DNA of 64,000 nucleotides from Candidatus Latescibacterota bacterium. GTDB lineage: Bacteria > Latescibacterota > UBA2968. Location of the stretch: positions 1,856,001-1,920,000 of the forward strand of contig OZ242320.1 of NCBI GenBank assembly GCA_965208125.1, given 5' to 3'. A model generated the notes under the pieces. It ran no database searches. It had not been told where the DNA came from and was given only the letters and a program-made list of their open reading frames with translations. Position 1 is the first letter of the stretch. Each line of letters starts with the position of its first letter. The translations under genes and the position numbers were made by a program. Positions 28,191-39,068 of the stretch are shown here, piece after piece.

Positions 28191-28643
28191 TCAAGTGGTA
28201 TTTTTACACAGATAAAGACCCAGGTCTTTATCTGCCTCTTCCTCTAACAGACCAACCTGCACGGGAATATCCGCATCTTTGAGAATTTGAATACCGCGCC
28301 CTTGATTCTTGGGATGCGGGTCAATGAGTGCGACAAAAACATCCCGGACTTTTCTCTCTACAAGTGCCTGAGCGCAAGAAGGCGTGCGCCCGTGAAAAGA
28401 ACACGGCTCCAGAGTGACAAATGCCGTGACATCTTTTAGCGATCCCTCTACTTGCGCGAGAGCCATTGCCTCTGCGTGAAATTGACCCGGCGGATTGGTA
28501 TAACCCCGGGCAATAATTTTGCCTTCTCGCACCAGCACACACCCGACCGGTGGATTGGGCAAACACTTGGGAAGTGCTCTTCTGCCTTCCACGAGCGCGG
28601 CGGTCATGAAGTTTTCCAATTCAATTTGCGAATAATTGGACAT
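28191..28643 (-). CDS. Stand-alone RibD-type zinc deaminase domain
   Basis: PNPPVGCV, HAE, TLEPCSFHGRTPSC, DPHP; no reductase domain. Confidence 0.88.
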   Translation of the reverse strand: MSNYSQIELENFMTAALVEGRRALPKCLPNPPVGCVLVREGKIIARGYTNPPGQFHAEAMALAQVEGSLKDVTAFVTLEPCSFHGRTPSCAQALVERKVRDVFVALIDPHPKNQGRGIQILKDADIPVQVGLLEEEADKDLGLYLCKNTT

Positions 28644-28660
28644 TGGACATACCTGACGCG

Positions 28661-28693
28661 AAAAACGCCCCGGCACAGCGATGCTGGGGCGTT
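28661..28693 (-). terminator. Intrinsic terminator after the PQQ-repeat gene
   Basis: Minus strand aacgccccagca-tcgctg-tgccggggcg-ttttt. Confidence 0.7.
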
Positions 28694-28714
28694 CTCTTTT
28701 TGAACTGACTCCGT

Positions 28715-30016
28715 TTACTCCTCACCATACCCAATACAATACAAATGCGTCGCCGTCCGAATAAAAAGCTGTGACCCGGATGACACGGGCGATGACAGCG
28801 TGTACGTGCCATCCAGTTCATTCGTACCCAAAACCTCAAATTTTGGACCCGCGGCCAGAACAGTCGTCACGGCATATTCATTCAGCAAAAACAACTTGCC
28901 ATCAGCCAGATGGGGTGACGCGCTCACAATACCCTGCGTCGTCCGCTCAGGACCCCAAACCACAGCCCCGGTCTTTGCGTCCAGACACATCGCCAGCCCG
29001 CGATCATCAACCATATAAAAATACTTCCCATCACTCGTCGGCGTAGGCACATCCGGCGCAGCAGCACCCTCCCACTTCCACACCACATTGTCGGAAACAT
29101 CGCCCGTGCCACCAGCCGCCAGTGCCAGCAAGGGCCGTTGCCGGGTCGGCGCATAAATCATATCGCCGACCACCACGGGAGACGCCACAATCCGATAATT
29201 GCCCCTCCGACCGGGATTCAACCCATTTGCCCGCCAGACCTCACGCCCCGTATCCGGATCGTGTCCCGTCACACAATCCCCACCCGTAATAACAATCTGC
29301 GTCTTGCCATCGCGATTCAAAAGCGTGGGCGTCGTGTACGAATCGGGAGACTCTCGAATAGCATCTGTCGGACGCTCCTTGCGCCAGACCTCCTTCCCAC
29401 TACTGGCATCCAGCGCGAAGACATACGAAGGATCATCCGTACGCATCCCGTGAAGCACCTGAAGAATGAGCTTGCCATCGTACAGAATCGGCGAAGACGC
29501 ATACCCGAAAAGCAGGCCAAATCTGCCGTAATCCTTTTGAATATCGCGCGACCAGATCGCCTTTCCATCCACATCCAGACACGTCACAACCCCATTGCCC
29601 GTAACCACCCACACATGCGCCCCATCCGTAATGGGTGACGGCGACGTAGTATTGTGCTTGCGCCGCAGCACATTGCCCTCATCCAACTTATAGCGCCAGA
29701 GTTCACTCCCGTCTATCCTCGACAAACACAAAATATAAATCTCCGATCCTCCCGGTTCCCGTTCCTCTGGCCTCTGTGCAGGCGACGGCGACATCAGAAA
29801 AATGCGATCTTCCCAGATAACGGGCGTACTCCCGCTCCACGAAGGCAACTCCGCCTTCCAGATAATATTCTCTTCCAAACTCCAGGACGCGGGCAAATTC
29901 TTAGCCGTACTGGCCCCATCTTGCTGCGGACCCCGCCACTGCGGCCAGTTATCCGCTTGAACACCCAGCGGAACAAGTGCCAGAATACAAACCATACGAA
30001 CAATATGACGAATCAT
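28715..30016 (-). CDS. PQQ-binding-like beta-propeller repeat protein
   Basis: Signal peptide, NWPQWRGP, repeated S(T/S)P and G..vW motifs. Confidence 0.92.
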   Translation of the reverse strand: MIRHIVRMVCILALVPLGVQADNWPQWRGPQQDGASTAKNLPASWSLEENIIWKAELPSWSGSTPVIWEDRIFLMSPSPAQRPEEREPGGSEIYILCLSRIDGSELWRYKLDEGNVLRRKHNTTSPSPITDGAHVWVVTGNGVVTCLDVDGKAIWSRDIQKDYGRFGLLFGYASSPILYDGKLILQVLHGMRTDDPSYVFALDASSGKEVWRKERPTDAIRESPDSYTTPTLLNRDGKTQIVITGGDCVTGHDPDTGREVWRANGLNPGRRGNYRIVASPVVVGDMIYAPTRQRPLLALAAGGTGDVSDNVVWKWEGAAAPDVPTPTSDGKYFYMVDDRGLAMCLDAKTGAVVWGPERTTQGIVSASPHLADGKLFLLNEYAVTTVLAAGPKFEVLGTNELDGTYTLSSPVSSGSQLFIRTATHLYCIGYGEE

Positions 30017-30126
30017 AGAAATTCCTCCTCAATAGTGTGATTTTCGACTTGTTTTTCACCCAATTTGACAGATATTTCCCCTTGATTGTTCCTGCCATCC
30101 TTCAGCGTTAAGATAGAAAGGCTCAC

Positions 30127-31548
30127 ATGCAACGGCAACCCAATATTTTGCTCTTCATCACCGATCAACAGCGCTCCGACACCATGGCGTGTTACGGCAA
30201 CGACTGGATCCAGGCATCGAACATGAACGCCCTCGCCAACGAAAGCTTTGTCTTCGAAAACCCCTATTGCGCGCAACCCGTCTGCACGCCATCGCGCGCA
30301 ACCCTCGTAACGGGACTGTATCCACACGCCGCCAGAATGACCAAAAACAACATCCTGCTCGATCCAGAAATCAAATCCATCGCAGAAATGACGTCAAACG
30401 ATTACCACAAAGCCTACTACGGTAAATGGCACCTGGGCAAAGAAACAACGCGACAACACGGATTTGACGAATGGCTACCCGTCGCTGAACTGCCCTGGGT
30501 CATCGACCACCCGGACACACCCTATCACCAGTTCCTGGTGGAAAATGGAATCGAACCAGATAAAACAACAGAAGCCGGACACCGCGTATTCTCCGGACAA
30601 TTGCGCGCAGACTTGCCCGAACACCTCTCCATGGTATCCTTTCTATGTGACGAAGCCACCCGCTTTTTGATGGCAGAGCGAGACAAACCATTCATGCTAC
30701 AGGTCCACTGCTTCGAACCACACCCACCCGTCTCGGGACCGATGAAACATGTACACGACCCCAACAAAATGCCCGTAGGTCCCGCATTCACGCGCTATCC
30801 CAAGGGCGCATCGCTATTTAACAGACTGAGGGCAGAACGCAATATACAACCCGATGCAACCCCCGAAGAACAACGCGCTGCAGAAGCAAAACTCCGAAAA
30901 TTCCGCGCCGAATACTACGGCACCGTCACACTCGTAGATCGCGCCCTCGGCAGACTGATGGACGCCCTTGAAAAATCGGGCCACGCCGACAACACCATAG
31001 TCGTATTCAGCTCTGACCACGGCGAAATGGCAGGCGACCAGGGCATGCGGGAAAAACGCGCATTCTACGAACCCTCTGCCAAAGTCCCCCTCATGATGCG
31101 GATACCCCATCTCGGGCGCGAACACCGAATGATCCCCGGCAACATCGGCCATATCGATCTCGTCCCCACCTTATTAGACCTCATGGGACAACCCGTGCCC
31201 GATCACCTGCAAGGCACCAGCCGCGTACCCGTCCTCGAAGGCAGGGAAACACTCGACAATAACGACGTCTTCATCCAGTGGAACGGACTGGGAGATCGCA
31301 ACCTCGGCTCACCGCAAATCAACTTAATCGCCACCCTCCCCTGGCGCGCAATCGTAACAGCCGACCGATGGAAACTCAACCTGTGCGCGGGCGACCAATG
31401 CGAATTATTCGACCTGAACAGCGACCCCCATGAACTCACAAACCTGTTCGACGAACCTGTACACAGAGACCGCATACGCAAAATGGCGGCAAAAATTCGC
31501 CTCTGGCAACATGAAACGGACGACGACGCGCCATTACCTACAGTGTAA
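30127..31548 (+). CDS. Sulfatase (Cys-type)
   Basis: PNILLFITDQQR, CTPSR, GKWH, PHPP, SDHG. Confidence 0.95.
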   Translation: MQRQPNILLFITDQQRSDTMACYGNDWIQASNMNALANESFVFENPYCAQPVCTPSRATLVTGLYPHAARMTKNNILLDPEIKSIAEMTSNDYHKAYYGKWHLGKETTRQHGFDEWLPVAELPWVIDHPDTPYHQFLVENGIEPDKTTEAGHRVFSGQLRADLPEHLSMVSFLCDEATRFLMAERDKPFMLQVHCFEPHPPVSGPMKHVHDPNKMPVGPAFTRYPKGASLFNRLRAERNIQPDATPEEQRAAEAKLRKFRAEYYGTVTLVDRALGRLMDALEKSGHADNTIVVFSSDHGEMAGDQGMREKRAFYEPSAKVPLMMRIPHLGREHRMIPGNIGHIDLVPTLLDLMGQPVPDHLQGTSRVPVLEGRETLDNNDVFIQWNGLGDRNLGSPQINLIATLPWRAIVTADRWKLNLCAGDQCELFDLNSDPHELTNLFDEPVHRDRIRKMAAKIRLWQHETDDDAPLPTV

Positions 31549-31564
31549 GCTCAGGAGAAATTTC

Positions 31565-32590
31565 ATGAACACAATCAAAAAGCGAACCGTTGGCCAAACA
31601 GGCCTCGAAGTAACCGAAATGGGCATGGGCGGCGCACCCATAGGTGATCTATTCGAACTCGTAAGCGAAACACAGGCGCAAGACACCTTACAAGCCGCAT
31701 GGGATGCGGGCATTCGATATTTCGACACCGCCCCCTTTTACGGCTATGGCAAAAGCGAGCATCGCTTCGGACATTTCTTGCGACAACAAAACAGAGAAGA
31801 ATTTGCCATCTCCACCAAAGTCGGACGCGTATTAAAAGCCACGCGCGACCTCAAAACATTTGACAAAGACATGTGGATCGGCGGCTTGCCCTTTGAATAC
31901 GCCTTTGACTACAGCTATGACGGCATCATGCGATCTTATGAAGACAGCCTCCAGCGACTGAGCTTACACGCCGTAGAACTCCTCCTCATACACGACCCCG
32001 ACTACTTCTTTCACACCTCCGAAGACATGGTAACCGCCACCCTCGCCCAAATCTACACAAGCGGCTGGCGCGCCCTTGACGAACTGCGCTCAAGCGGACA
32101 AATCAAAGGCATTGGCGTGGGACTCAACATGCTGGGACTCATCCCCCGATTCCTGGACATGATCGATATCGACTTCTTCATCGTCGCCATGCCCTATACC
32201 CTCCTGGACCAGGATCCCCTGGACGAAGAATTTCCAAAATGCGCCGAACACGGCGCCGACATCGTCATCGGATCCGTATTTGCCTCGGGCATCCTCGCCA
32301 CAGGACCAGTGGAAGGCGCATTATACGCTTACGACACCGCAACCTCAGAAATCATAGAAAAAACTCGCAAAATAGAAACAATCTGCCAGGCGCACAACGT
32401 ACCGCTCCCGGCAGCAGCCATCCAGTTCCCACTCGCACACCCCAGCGTCGCCGCCATCATCCCCGGCGCTCTCAAACCCGAATACATCCATGCAAATATC
32501 AAAAACTATCAGCACCCCATACCCTCAGACCTCTGGGCAGAACTAAAATCCGAGGGCTTATTGAGAGAAGACGCGCCGACACCGGGATAA
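31565..32590 (+). CDS. Aldo/keto reductase (D-threo-aldose dehydrogenase-like)
   Basis: FDTAPFYGYG.SE, STKVGR, FDYSYDG, LLIHD, YTLLDQ; start at MNTIKK. Confidence 0.93.
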   Translation: MNTIKKRTVGQTGLEVTEMGMGGAPIGDLFELVSETQAQDTLQAAWDAGIRYFDTAPFYGYGKSEHRFGHFLRQQNREEFAISTKVGRVLKATRDLKTFDKDMWIGGLPFEYAFDYSYDGIMRSYEDSLQRLSLHAVELLLIHDPDYFFHTSEDMVTATLAQIYTSGWRALDELRSSGQIKGIGVGLNMLGLIPRFLDMIDIDFFIVAMPYTLLDQDPLDEEFPKCAEHGADIVIGSVFASGILATGPVEGALYAYDTATSEIIEKTRKIETICQAHNVPLPAAAIQFPLAHPSVAAIIPGALKPEYIHANIKNYQHPIPSDLWAELKSEGLLREDAPTPG

Positions 32591-32633
32591 ATGAATCGGG
32601 ATAATAACTGAATTTTATCGAAAGGACCTTCTA

Positions 32634-33605
32634 ATGCAAACAGTAAAATGGGGCATCATCGGTTGTGGTGACGTATGCGAAGTCAAAAGTGGTCCGGGAT
32701 TTTACAAAGCGGACCACTCGGAACTCGTCATCGTCATGCGCCGGGACGGTGAAAAAGCCGCGGACTTCGCCAAACGCCACGGCATATCCCAATCCACCAA
32801 CAACGCCGACGAAGTCATCCATCACCCCGACGTCAACGCCGTGTACATCGCCACACCGCCCTCCTCACACTGCGACTACGCATTGCGAGTTGCCGAAGCG
32901 GGCAAACCCTGTTACGTCGAAAAACCCATGGCCATAAACCACCGCGAATGCGTACAAATGGTCGAAACCTTCAAAGCCAAAAACCTCCCCCTCTTCGTCG
33001 CCTATTACCGCCGCGGACTCCCGCGCTTTCTAAAAGTCCGCGAACTCCTCCGCGAAGGCGCGATAGGAACCCTCACATCTGTACACATCGTCCAATACGG
33101 CAAACTCGACACAAACCCCAACAACTGGCGATTCGACCCATCCATCGCCGGCGCGGGCAAATTCCTCGACCTCGCATCACACGGCATCGACATCCTCGAC
33201 TTCCTCGTCAGCCCCATCACCCGCGCCAGCGGCTACGCGCTCAACACCGGCGGAACGTACGAAGCCGAAGACGTAACAACCGCCGCATTTGAATTTGAAA
33301 GCGGCGTCGCAGGAACAGGCATCTGGAACTTCCACGCCGACCACTCCGACAACCGCATCACATTTACGGGATCCGAAGGCGAAATCCAGACCCCCGTCTT
33401 CGCAGACACCGACATCATCCTCAAACGCAATGGCACAGAAGAACACATCTCCGCACCCAATCCCCCACACGTCCAGCAACCCCTGATACAAACCATCGTC
33501 AACGAACTGCGCGGCGAAGGCAAATGCGTATCCACCGGAGAAACCGGTGCCCGTGCATCCTGGGTCATGGACCAGTGCTTGATCACCTATTACGGCGAGC
33601 GATAG
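32634..33605 (+). CDS. Gfo/Idh/MocA oxidoreductase
   Basis: WGIIGCG, YIATPP, VEKPMA, DLASH. Confidence 0.94.
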   Translation: MQTVKWGIIGCGDVCEVKSGPGFYKADHSELVIVMRRDGEKAADFAKRHGISQSTNNADEVIHHPDVNAVYIATPPSSHCDYALRVAEAGKPCYVEKPMAINHRECVQMVETFKAKNLPLFVAYYRRGLPRFLKVRELLREGAIGTLTSVHIVQYGKLDTNPNNWRFDPSIAGAGKFLDLASHGIDILDFLVSPITRASGYALNTGGTYEAEDVTTAAFEFESGVAGTGIWNFHADHSDNRITFTGSEGEIQTPVFADTDIILKRNGTEEHISAPNPPHVQQPLIQTIVNELRGEGKCVSTGETGARASWVMDQCLITYYGER

Positions 33606-33692
33606 CGAATAGCGGTGTACAACTGGCCGCATCTCAGGCCAGTTCATCAACGAAATCCGCCCAACCACCCAACTGCTACCAGGGAGAACATT

Positions 33693-34640
33693 ATGAAATC
33701 CGTCCGACTCCTCAGCGTCTCATTTCCCAGAGGTGGGTACAAAAACGTAGAACAAAATGTAGAACACATGGTGCGCCACCTCGAAGAAACAGCCCCTTAT
33801 TGCCCCGACTTTGTGTGCTTCACCGAAGTCGCCCGAGAACTCGGCTGTCCGCAAGACAGCGATGCCTGGATGGGCGAACCCATACCCGGTCCCACAACCG
33901 AAGCCATTGGCAAAGCAGCCGCAGAAATTGGCACCCATGTCATCGTCGGCATGCAAGAGTTGTGGGAAGACCAGACCTTCAACGCCGCCGTCCTCATCGG
34001 CCGAGATGGAAACGTCATGGGCCGCTACCACAAAGTGCAACCCACCGTCAACGAAATGGAACGCGGCACCCTGCCCGGCACACAGGCCAACTCTTATGCC
34101 ACAGACTGTGGTCGCGTGGGCATGTGCATCTGCTTTGACCTCAAATTTCCCGAAGTTGCCATGATGCTCGCCCGCTCGGGTGCGCGCATGGTCTTCTTCC
34201 CCAGCATGTTCAACGGCGGCATGCGACACGCCGCATGGGCACGCGATTACGGCGTCTTTCTCATCGTCAGCCAATCCCAGGAAAGCTCCATCACCGACAT
34301 GTGCGGCCACCGCCTCGCGTGGCAGGGATATAGTGAACCCCTCGTAGAACAAGGCAAACTCCCGCCCTTTGCATTTGCCGAAATCAACGCAGACACCAGA
34401 GCGTACCACCTCGACTTCAACCAGAACAAACTCGGCGACATCCACAGCACCTATGGCGCAGGCGTCCGCATCCACATCATGCGCCCCGAAGCCACATTCG
34501 TACTCGAATCCCTCATGGAAGACATCTCCGTAGAAGACATCGAAGCGGAATTTGAACTCGAAGACCTGTGGACTTATTACGACCGCTCGCGCGCCATGCG
34601 CGGCGAATGTCTCACAGAACCCGTCGCAATCACAAACTAA
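33693..34640 (+). CDS. Carbon-nitrogen hydrolase (nitrilase superfamily)
   Basis: Triad FTE / YHK / ICFD; start at MKSVRL. Confidence 0.92.
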   Translation: MKSVRLLSVSFPRGGYKNVEQNVEHMVRHLEETAPYCPDFVCFTEVARELGCPQDSDAWMGEPIPGPTTEAIGKAAAEIGTHVIVGMQELWEDQTFNAAVLIGRDGNVMGRYHKVQPTVNEMERGTLPGTQANSYATDCGRVGMCICFDLKFPEVAMMLARSGARMVFFPSMFNGGMRHAAWARDYGVFLIVSQSQESSITDMCGHRLAWQGYSEPLVEQGKLPPFAFAEINADTRAYHLDFNQNKLGDIHSTYGAGVRIHIMRPEATFVLESLMEDISVEDIEAEFELEDLWTYYDRSRAMRGECLTEPVAITN

Positions 34641-34651
34641 AAGGAGGCTAC

Positions 34652-35230
34652 ATGCAACTCTTTGACGGCAAAACCCTCAACGGCTGGGCAGCCACCGGCA
34701 ATCCCGACGGCTGGATTGTAGATCACGGCTGCCTCTTCTGCACCGCAGAACAAGGGAAATACCTGTATTACACAGAAGACCAGTTCAAAAACTTTGAACT
34801 CTCGCTCGAATTCAAACATCCTCCCAGAACCAACAGCGGCGTCTTCTTCCGCTGGACCGATCTGGACAACCCCGTGCAAACCGGCATTGAAATCCAAATC
34901 CTGGACACGTATGGCCACGAACCCGCAACCACCAAATGCTGCGGCGCAGTCTATGATTTACAAGCCCCTACGCACAACACCTGCAAACCCGCGGGCGAAT
35001 GGAATCACATGATCCTCTACGCCATGGACAACATCATCCGCGTCACCTTAAACGGCGAGCAAATCACCGACATGGACCTCAACCGCTGGACCACGCCGAA
35101 CCAGAACCCGGACGGCACCCGCAACAAATTCAACCGTCCATACTGCGAAATGACCGAAGCCGGGTACATCGGCCTTCAAGACCACGGCAACCAGATCTGG
35201 TTCCGCAACATAGACATTGAAAAACTCTAA
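34652..35230 (+). CDS. DUF1080 (3-keto-disaccharide hydrolase-like) protein
   Basis: LFDGKTLNGW, NSGVFFR, EIQILD, GEWN, IGLQDHG, FRNI. Confidence 0.93.
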   Translation: MQLFDGKTLNGWAATGNPDGWIVDHGCLFCTAEQGKYLYYTEDQFKNFELSLEFKHPPRTNSGVFFRWTDLDNPVQTGIEIQILDTYGHEPATTKCCGAVYDLQAPTHNTCKPAGEWNHMILYAMDNIIRVTLNGEQITDMDLNRWTTPNQNPDGTRNKFNRPYCEMTEAGYIGLQDHGNQIWFRNIDIEKL

Positions 35231-35249
35231 CACGCGATGCAATAACAAA

Positions 35250-35277
35250 TAGGCGCGACCGGCCTGGTCGCGCCTAC
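35250..35277. repeat. GTAG-type REP palindrome
   Basis: taggcgcgacc-ggcct-ggtcgcgcctac. Confidence 0.7.
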
Positions 35278-35297
35278 CTTCATCGCAAATATCCAAT

Positions 35298-36808
35298 ATG
35301 AAGCCCTACGCGCACATCGCTATTCTCGTATGCCTCTTGCCGTGTACCTGCACGGCCTACGAACTTATCGGCACAGCAACATTATCTGAAACACTCGTCG
35401 CACAGCACTACACCATCAACCCCAGGCTCGACGCCGTCATCGTCGTCGATCGCATTATCCCGTCCTTTGAATACCAGACCTTCTATTGCGCGGGTTTTGC
35501 AGATGAAGCCGAAGGCGAACAAGGACGGCTCCACTTTTTAGAGCATATTATGATAGACAGAGGAAGCTATAAACCGGGCGAACTCAAACAAATTATCGCC
35601 GACAATGGCGGGCAAAGTCACGCCGCGACGTATTATCATTTTACGCGTTTTACACTCAGATTTCCAAAAGACAAATTTGATCTCGCCGTCGAGATAGACC
35701 GCAACATATATTACGATACAATAATCGATGAAGAAGTCGTCGAAAAAGAAAAAAAGATCGTACTGACAGAAAGAAGCCAAAGACTGGCACGAGCAACACG
35801 CCGATCTTCGAATTATTTTTACAGTTTAATCTATGGAAAGAAAAATTTTAATGGCCTTGGCACGGAGACATTTATTAAACAACTCGAACCCGTTGGCTTG
35901 AAAGATTACTACGAAAATTTCCTGCGCGAGCAAAAAAGACTCATCGTTATCATCGGCGATGTGGATATCGACCATGTCCTCACCAAACTCGACGAGGCTT
36001 ATGGCAATGATATAGCGCCGGTCAAATTGTACGCACCCCCACCCCCGATCATGACGTACTTGGAAAAAGATTAAAACGCTCATCGAACAATCTCAACTTT
36101 ACCATATTCAGGAAGGGCTGGTACACCCCCAATTTAGGCCATCGCGACCATGCGGGTCTGCTCATTGTAGAACGTCTATTGGAAAAGCCCTCAAATTCCC
36201 TGCGCGCATCTCTCGTCGATTCTCGGCTCGCAAAATCTTTCAGCGTCTCAGTAGGCAGCTATAAGGGATTCGGCTTGATGACTTGCTATGCAGAACTGCC
36301 CCATAATACATCCCGAAATACGATCCAGGACATGATCTATGTGGCATTGGCGAATCTGAAAACCATTTCTGATGCAGAACTCAATGCCGCCCGAAACCAG
36401 AAGTTGTCCAGCCTATATTCCGCATTTTACAACCGATCGCGCATGGCGACAGCATTTGGCAGCGCATTTGCCCACGCCGATGATCCCCTCCTCTATCCCA
36501 AATTGATACAAGACCTTAAATCCATCCGCGCAGAAGATATTCCACGCATCATCGACGAATATCTGAAAGATGACAATTCAATCACCCACTCCCTCACAGA
36601 AATAGAAAAAAAAGAACCGCCCCCGCGAAAGCCCCGAACCTTTGGATACTATTCAGGTATAGTATTGGCATTGGTCGGTTTTCTAACGCTGTTGGGCGGT
36701 GTTGTCGCGCTATTTGTATGGGGAATAAAAAAATGGCGGAGCAAGACCGAGACGATCATTTCTCCAAAGGTGATACTCAATGATGCGATTTTTAATCCCG
36801 ATATTTAG
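35298..36808 (+). pseudogene. M16 zinc peptidase, frameshifted near 36036-36046
   Basis: HFLEH inverted zinc motif in 35298-36074; the M16 C-domain continues in the -1 frame from ~36011 to 36808 and ends in a TM anchor. Confidence 0.8.
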
Positions 36809-38123
36809 TTTTGTCCTATTTGGCAGCCTATCTGCGTTTGCCGAAATTCCCAACCACCACATCTTTTATCGCATCGACAAACGCGCCCCCCTCACCAGAA
36901 TCGAGATTGTCTTTCTCGGTGCGGGAAGCGGTGTGGACGGCCCTTCGCAGATTGGCCGTGCACAAACAGTCTCAAAATTGATTCGGGAGACAGCCAAAAA
37001 ACAGGGGTATTCGGATCAACTCGAAGCATTGGGCATCAGTCTGAGTGTCGCGACCTACACCGAATACCAGACCATCTCCATTTACGGCTTATCCGAGAAT
37101 ATCGGCAAAACAATAGAAATAGTCCGCGATCTGATATATAACCTCGCGTTTACAGAGTATGATCTGAAATATGTAAAATCACAACTAAGTGCCGATTACA
37201 AAGATGGGGTCAAAAGCGGAACCTATCTCTATACACTAATGAGAAACCTGGCACTGTCACAGACCTTTGACATCCTGAAAATACGCTCATTAAAAACGCT
37301 GAATGATCTCTCGTTGGACGACGTCAGACAATACGCGGATCGGCTCCAGAAAACAGACGTGGTATTCTTTAAAGTCATCTCAGACCGCGATTCCTCTGAA
37401 ATTGCGGACTTACTTCGTCCCCTCACAGAAGAAAGGAAGATGCACTGGCAGGCGGGCGGCTTTGTACATTCATTGAATTTCCCATCAACAAATGTCAAAG
37501 TTGGTCCTGCTGCTTTTATTTATGAGGGTTATTCACACTTAAAAAATGTATTCTGCTATTGGGTAATCCCCTGCGGTCACATAGGTGAAGAAAATTATAT
37601 TCCAAACCTGTTATCGGACACGCTTGGTCAATCGCCTGAGTCCAGGTTGCTCTATGAATATTTCAGAGAAGAATTGAAATTAATCTATACGACTTATGTC
37701 AGGTATCTATCCGAACAAAATGTCCGATATCTCGAAATTTACGCCGATCCCCAACTCCATAATAGCGAAGAATTGATCACAAAAATGTCCGACTTTATCC
37801 AAAACCTGCCCGACAACCCTCGCTTTTGGGAAACACTCAAAGAACAGCGCGAAACGATCAATGAGTCTTTTGTCCACGACGAAACACCGCAGCAAAGCCT
37901 CAACCAGGAAGCAAGCAGAGCCATTCACAATACACAAATCCGCAAAGGCGGATTTGATGCCGTCACCGATGATGAAGTGCGCGCCTTTCTCGAAAAATAC
38001 TTTGTGCCGGAGAATATGCTCATGATCTTCCTCGGCCCCAGGGATCACATTACCGAAATTCTAAATACCCATTGGCCCAAAATCGATATTCGCGTTCACA
38101 ATGTGAAAGAATTGATTGAATGA
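36780..38123 (+). CDS. M16 family non-catalytic partner subunit
   Basis: Signal peptide, GAGS..D, FREELKLIY, VTDDEVRAFLEKYF; no HxxEH. Confidence 0.75.
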   Translation: MMRFLIPIFSFVLFGSLSAFAEIPNHHIFYRIDKRAPLTRIEIVFLGAGSGVDGPSQIGRAQTVSKLIRETAKKQGYSDQLEALGISLSVATYTEYQTISIYGLSENIGKTIEIVRDLIYNLAFTEYDLKYVKSQLSADYKDGVKSGTYLYTLMRNLALSQTFDILKIRSLKTLNDLSLDDVRQYADRLQKTDVVFFKVISDRDSSEIADLLRPLTEERKMHWQAGGFVHSLNFPSTNVKVGPAAFIYEGYSHLKNVFCYWVIPCGHIGEENYIPNLLSDTLGQSPESRLLYEYFREELKLIYTTYVRYLSEQNVRYLEIYADPQLHNSEELITKMSDFIQNLPDNPRFWETLKEQRETINESFVHDETPQQSLNQEASRAIHNTQIRKGGFDAVTDDEVRAFLEKYFVPENMLMIFLGPRDHITEILNTHWPKIDIRVHNVKELIE

Positions 38124-38237
38124 AAGTAACCCACGCAATTCTCTTGCAGCATTCAGCATTCTGCTCTACATTAAAAACGCCGGGGATCGTCAAACACTTC
38201 TGTTTTGTGTATTTTTAACGCACAGGCACGATAACTT

Positions 38238-39068
38238 ATGATCTACTGGCGTTTTTTATTTTGCATTCTGATCGCATTTTACGGCTGTGGAATCGACAGT
38301 GTAAATGACCCTTACGAGCAAGGGCTGACTTATGATCTCGACAAAACAGTACTCATTCCCGCCGGCGCATTCGTCATGGGATCCAATTCATGGTCTGACT
38401 CCGAGCAACCATCCCACACTGTTTTTTTAAACGCGTATCGCATTGATACATACGAAGTGACCAATGAACAGTACGCGTTCTATCTGCGCCTCACGGAAAA
38501 ACTGGAAGATGCAGAAGGCAACGCGTTGGTTGACCTCGATGATCGCGACATACAAATCGGATTTACTCTAAATGGGCTTGTCGTGCTCGACTCGACCAAA
38601 TCCGATCATCCGATGACGGAAGTTTCCTGGTACGGCGCAAAAGCATATTGTGAACTCATCGGCGGGCGCTTGCCCACTGAGGCGGAATGGGAAAAAGCAG
38701 CACGCGGTGAAAGTGGGCAGCATTTTCCCTGGTCCAATGACCCCCTTGACACATCTCTATTAGTGGATTGGAGTACTGAAGGACCAACAGCTGCTGTGGG
38801 TGCGCATGAGGTCGATGTGAGTCCTTATGGTGTACGCGATATGGGTGGCAATGTGGCAGAGTGGGTCTGGGATTGGTACGATCCAAATTATTATGCCGCC
38901 AGTCCTGAGAGAAATCCTTCAGGCCCTGAAACGGGTACTCACCGGGTAGTGCGAGGCGGGGCTACGTCGCCGCTTCCTCAGGACATGCGTTCAACAATAA
39001 GACGCCGCTTTTTCCCACGCACGACCAGTGGATCCATCGGTTTTCGTTGTGTTTACGATGTGGAGTAA
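38238..39068 (+). CDS. FGE-sulfatase (SUMF1-like) domain lipoprotein
   Basis: Lipobox FYGC, IPAGAFVMG, YEVTN, RLPTEAEWEKAARG, DMGGNVAEW, RGG, IGFRC. Confidence 0.92.
   Translation: MIYWRFLFCILIAFYGCGIDSVNDPYEQGLTYDLDKTVLIPAGAFVMGSNSWSDSEQPSHTVFLNAYRIDTYEVTNEQYAFYLRLTEKLEDAEGNALVDLDDRDIQIGFTLNGLVVLDSTKSDHPMTEVSWYGAKAYCELIGGRLPTEAEWEKAARGESGQHFPWSNDPLDTSLLVDWSTEGPTAAVGAHEVDVSPYGVRDMGGNVAEWVWDWYDPNYYAASPERNPSGPETGTHRVVRGGATSPLPQDMRSTIRRRFFPRTTSGSIGFRCVYDVE

Noticed and set aside
28191-28643. Antiphage dCTP deaminase
   Set aside because: No kinase-like N-terminal domain; motifs (NPPVG, PCxHxGRTPxC) are RibD-type.
38238-39068. Active formylglycine-generating enzyme for the three sulfatases
   Set aside because: The catalytic Cys pair after RGG is absent (RGGATSPLPQDMR) and the protein has a lipobox.
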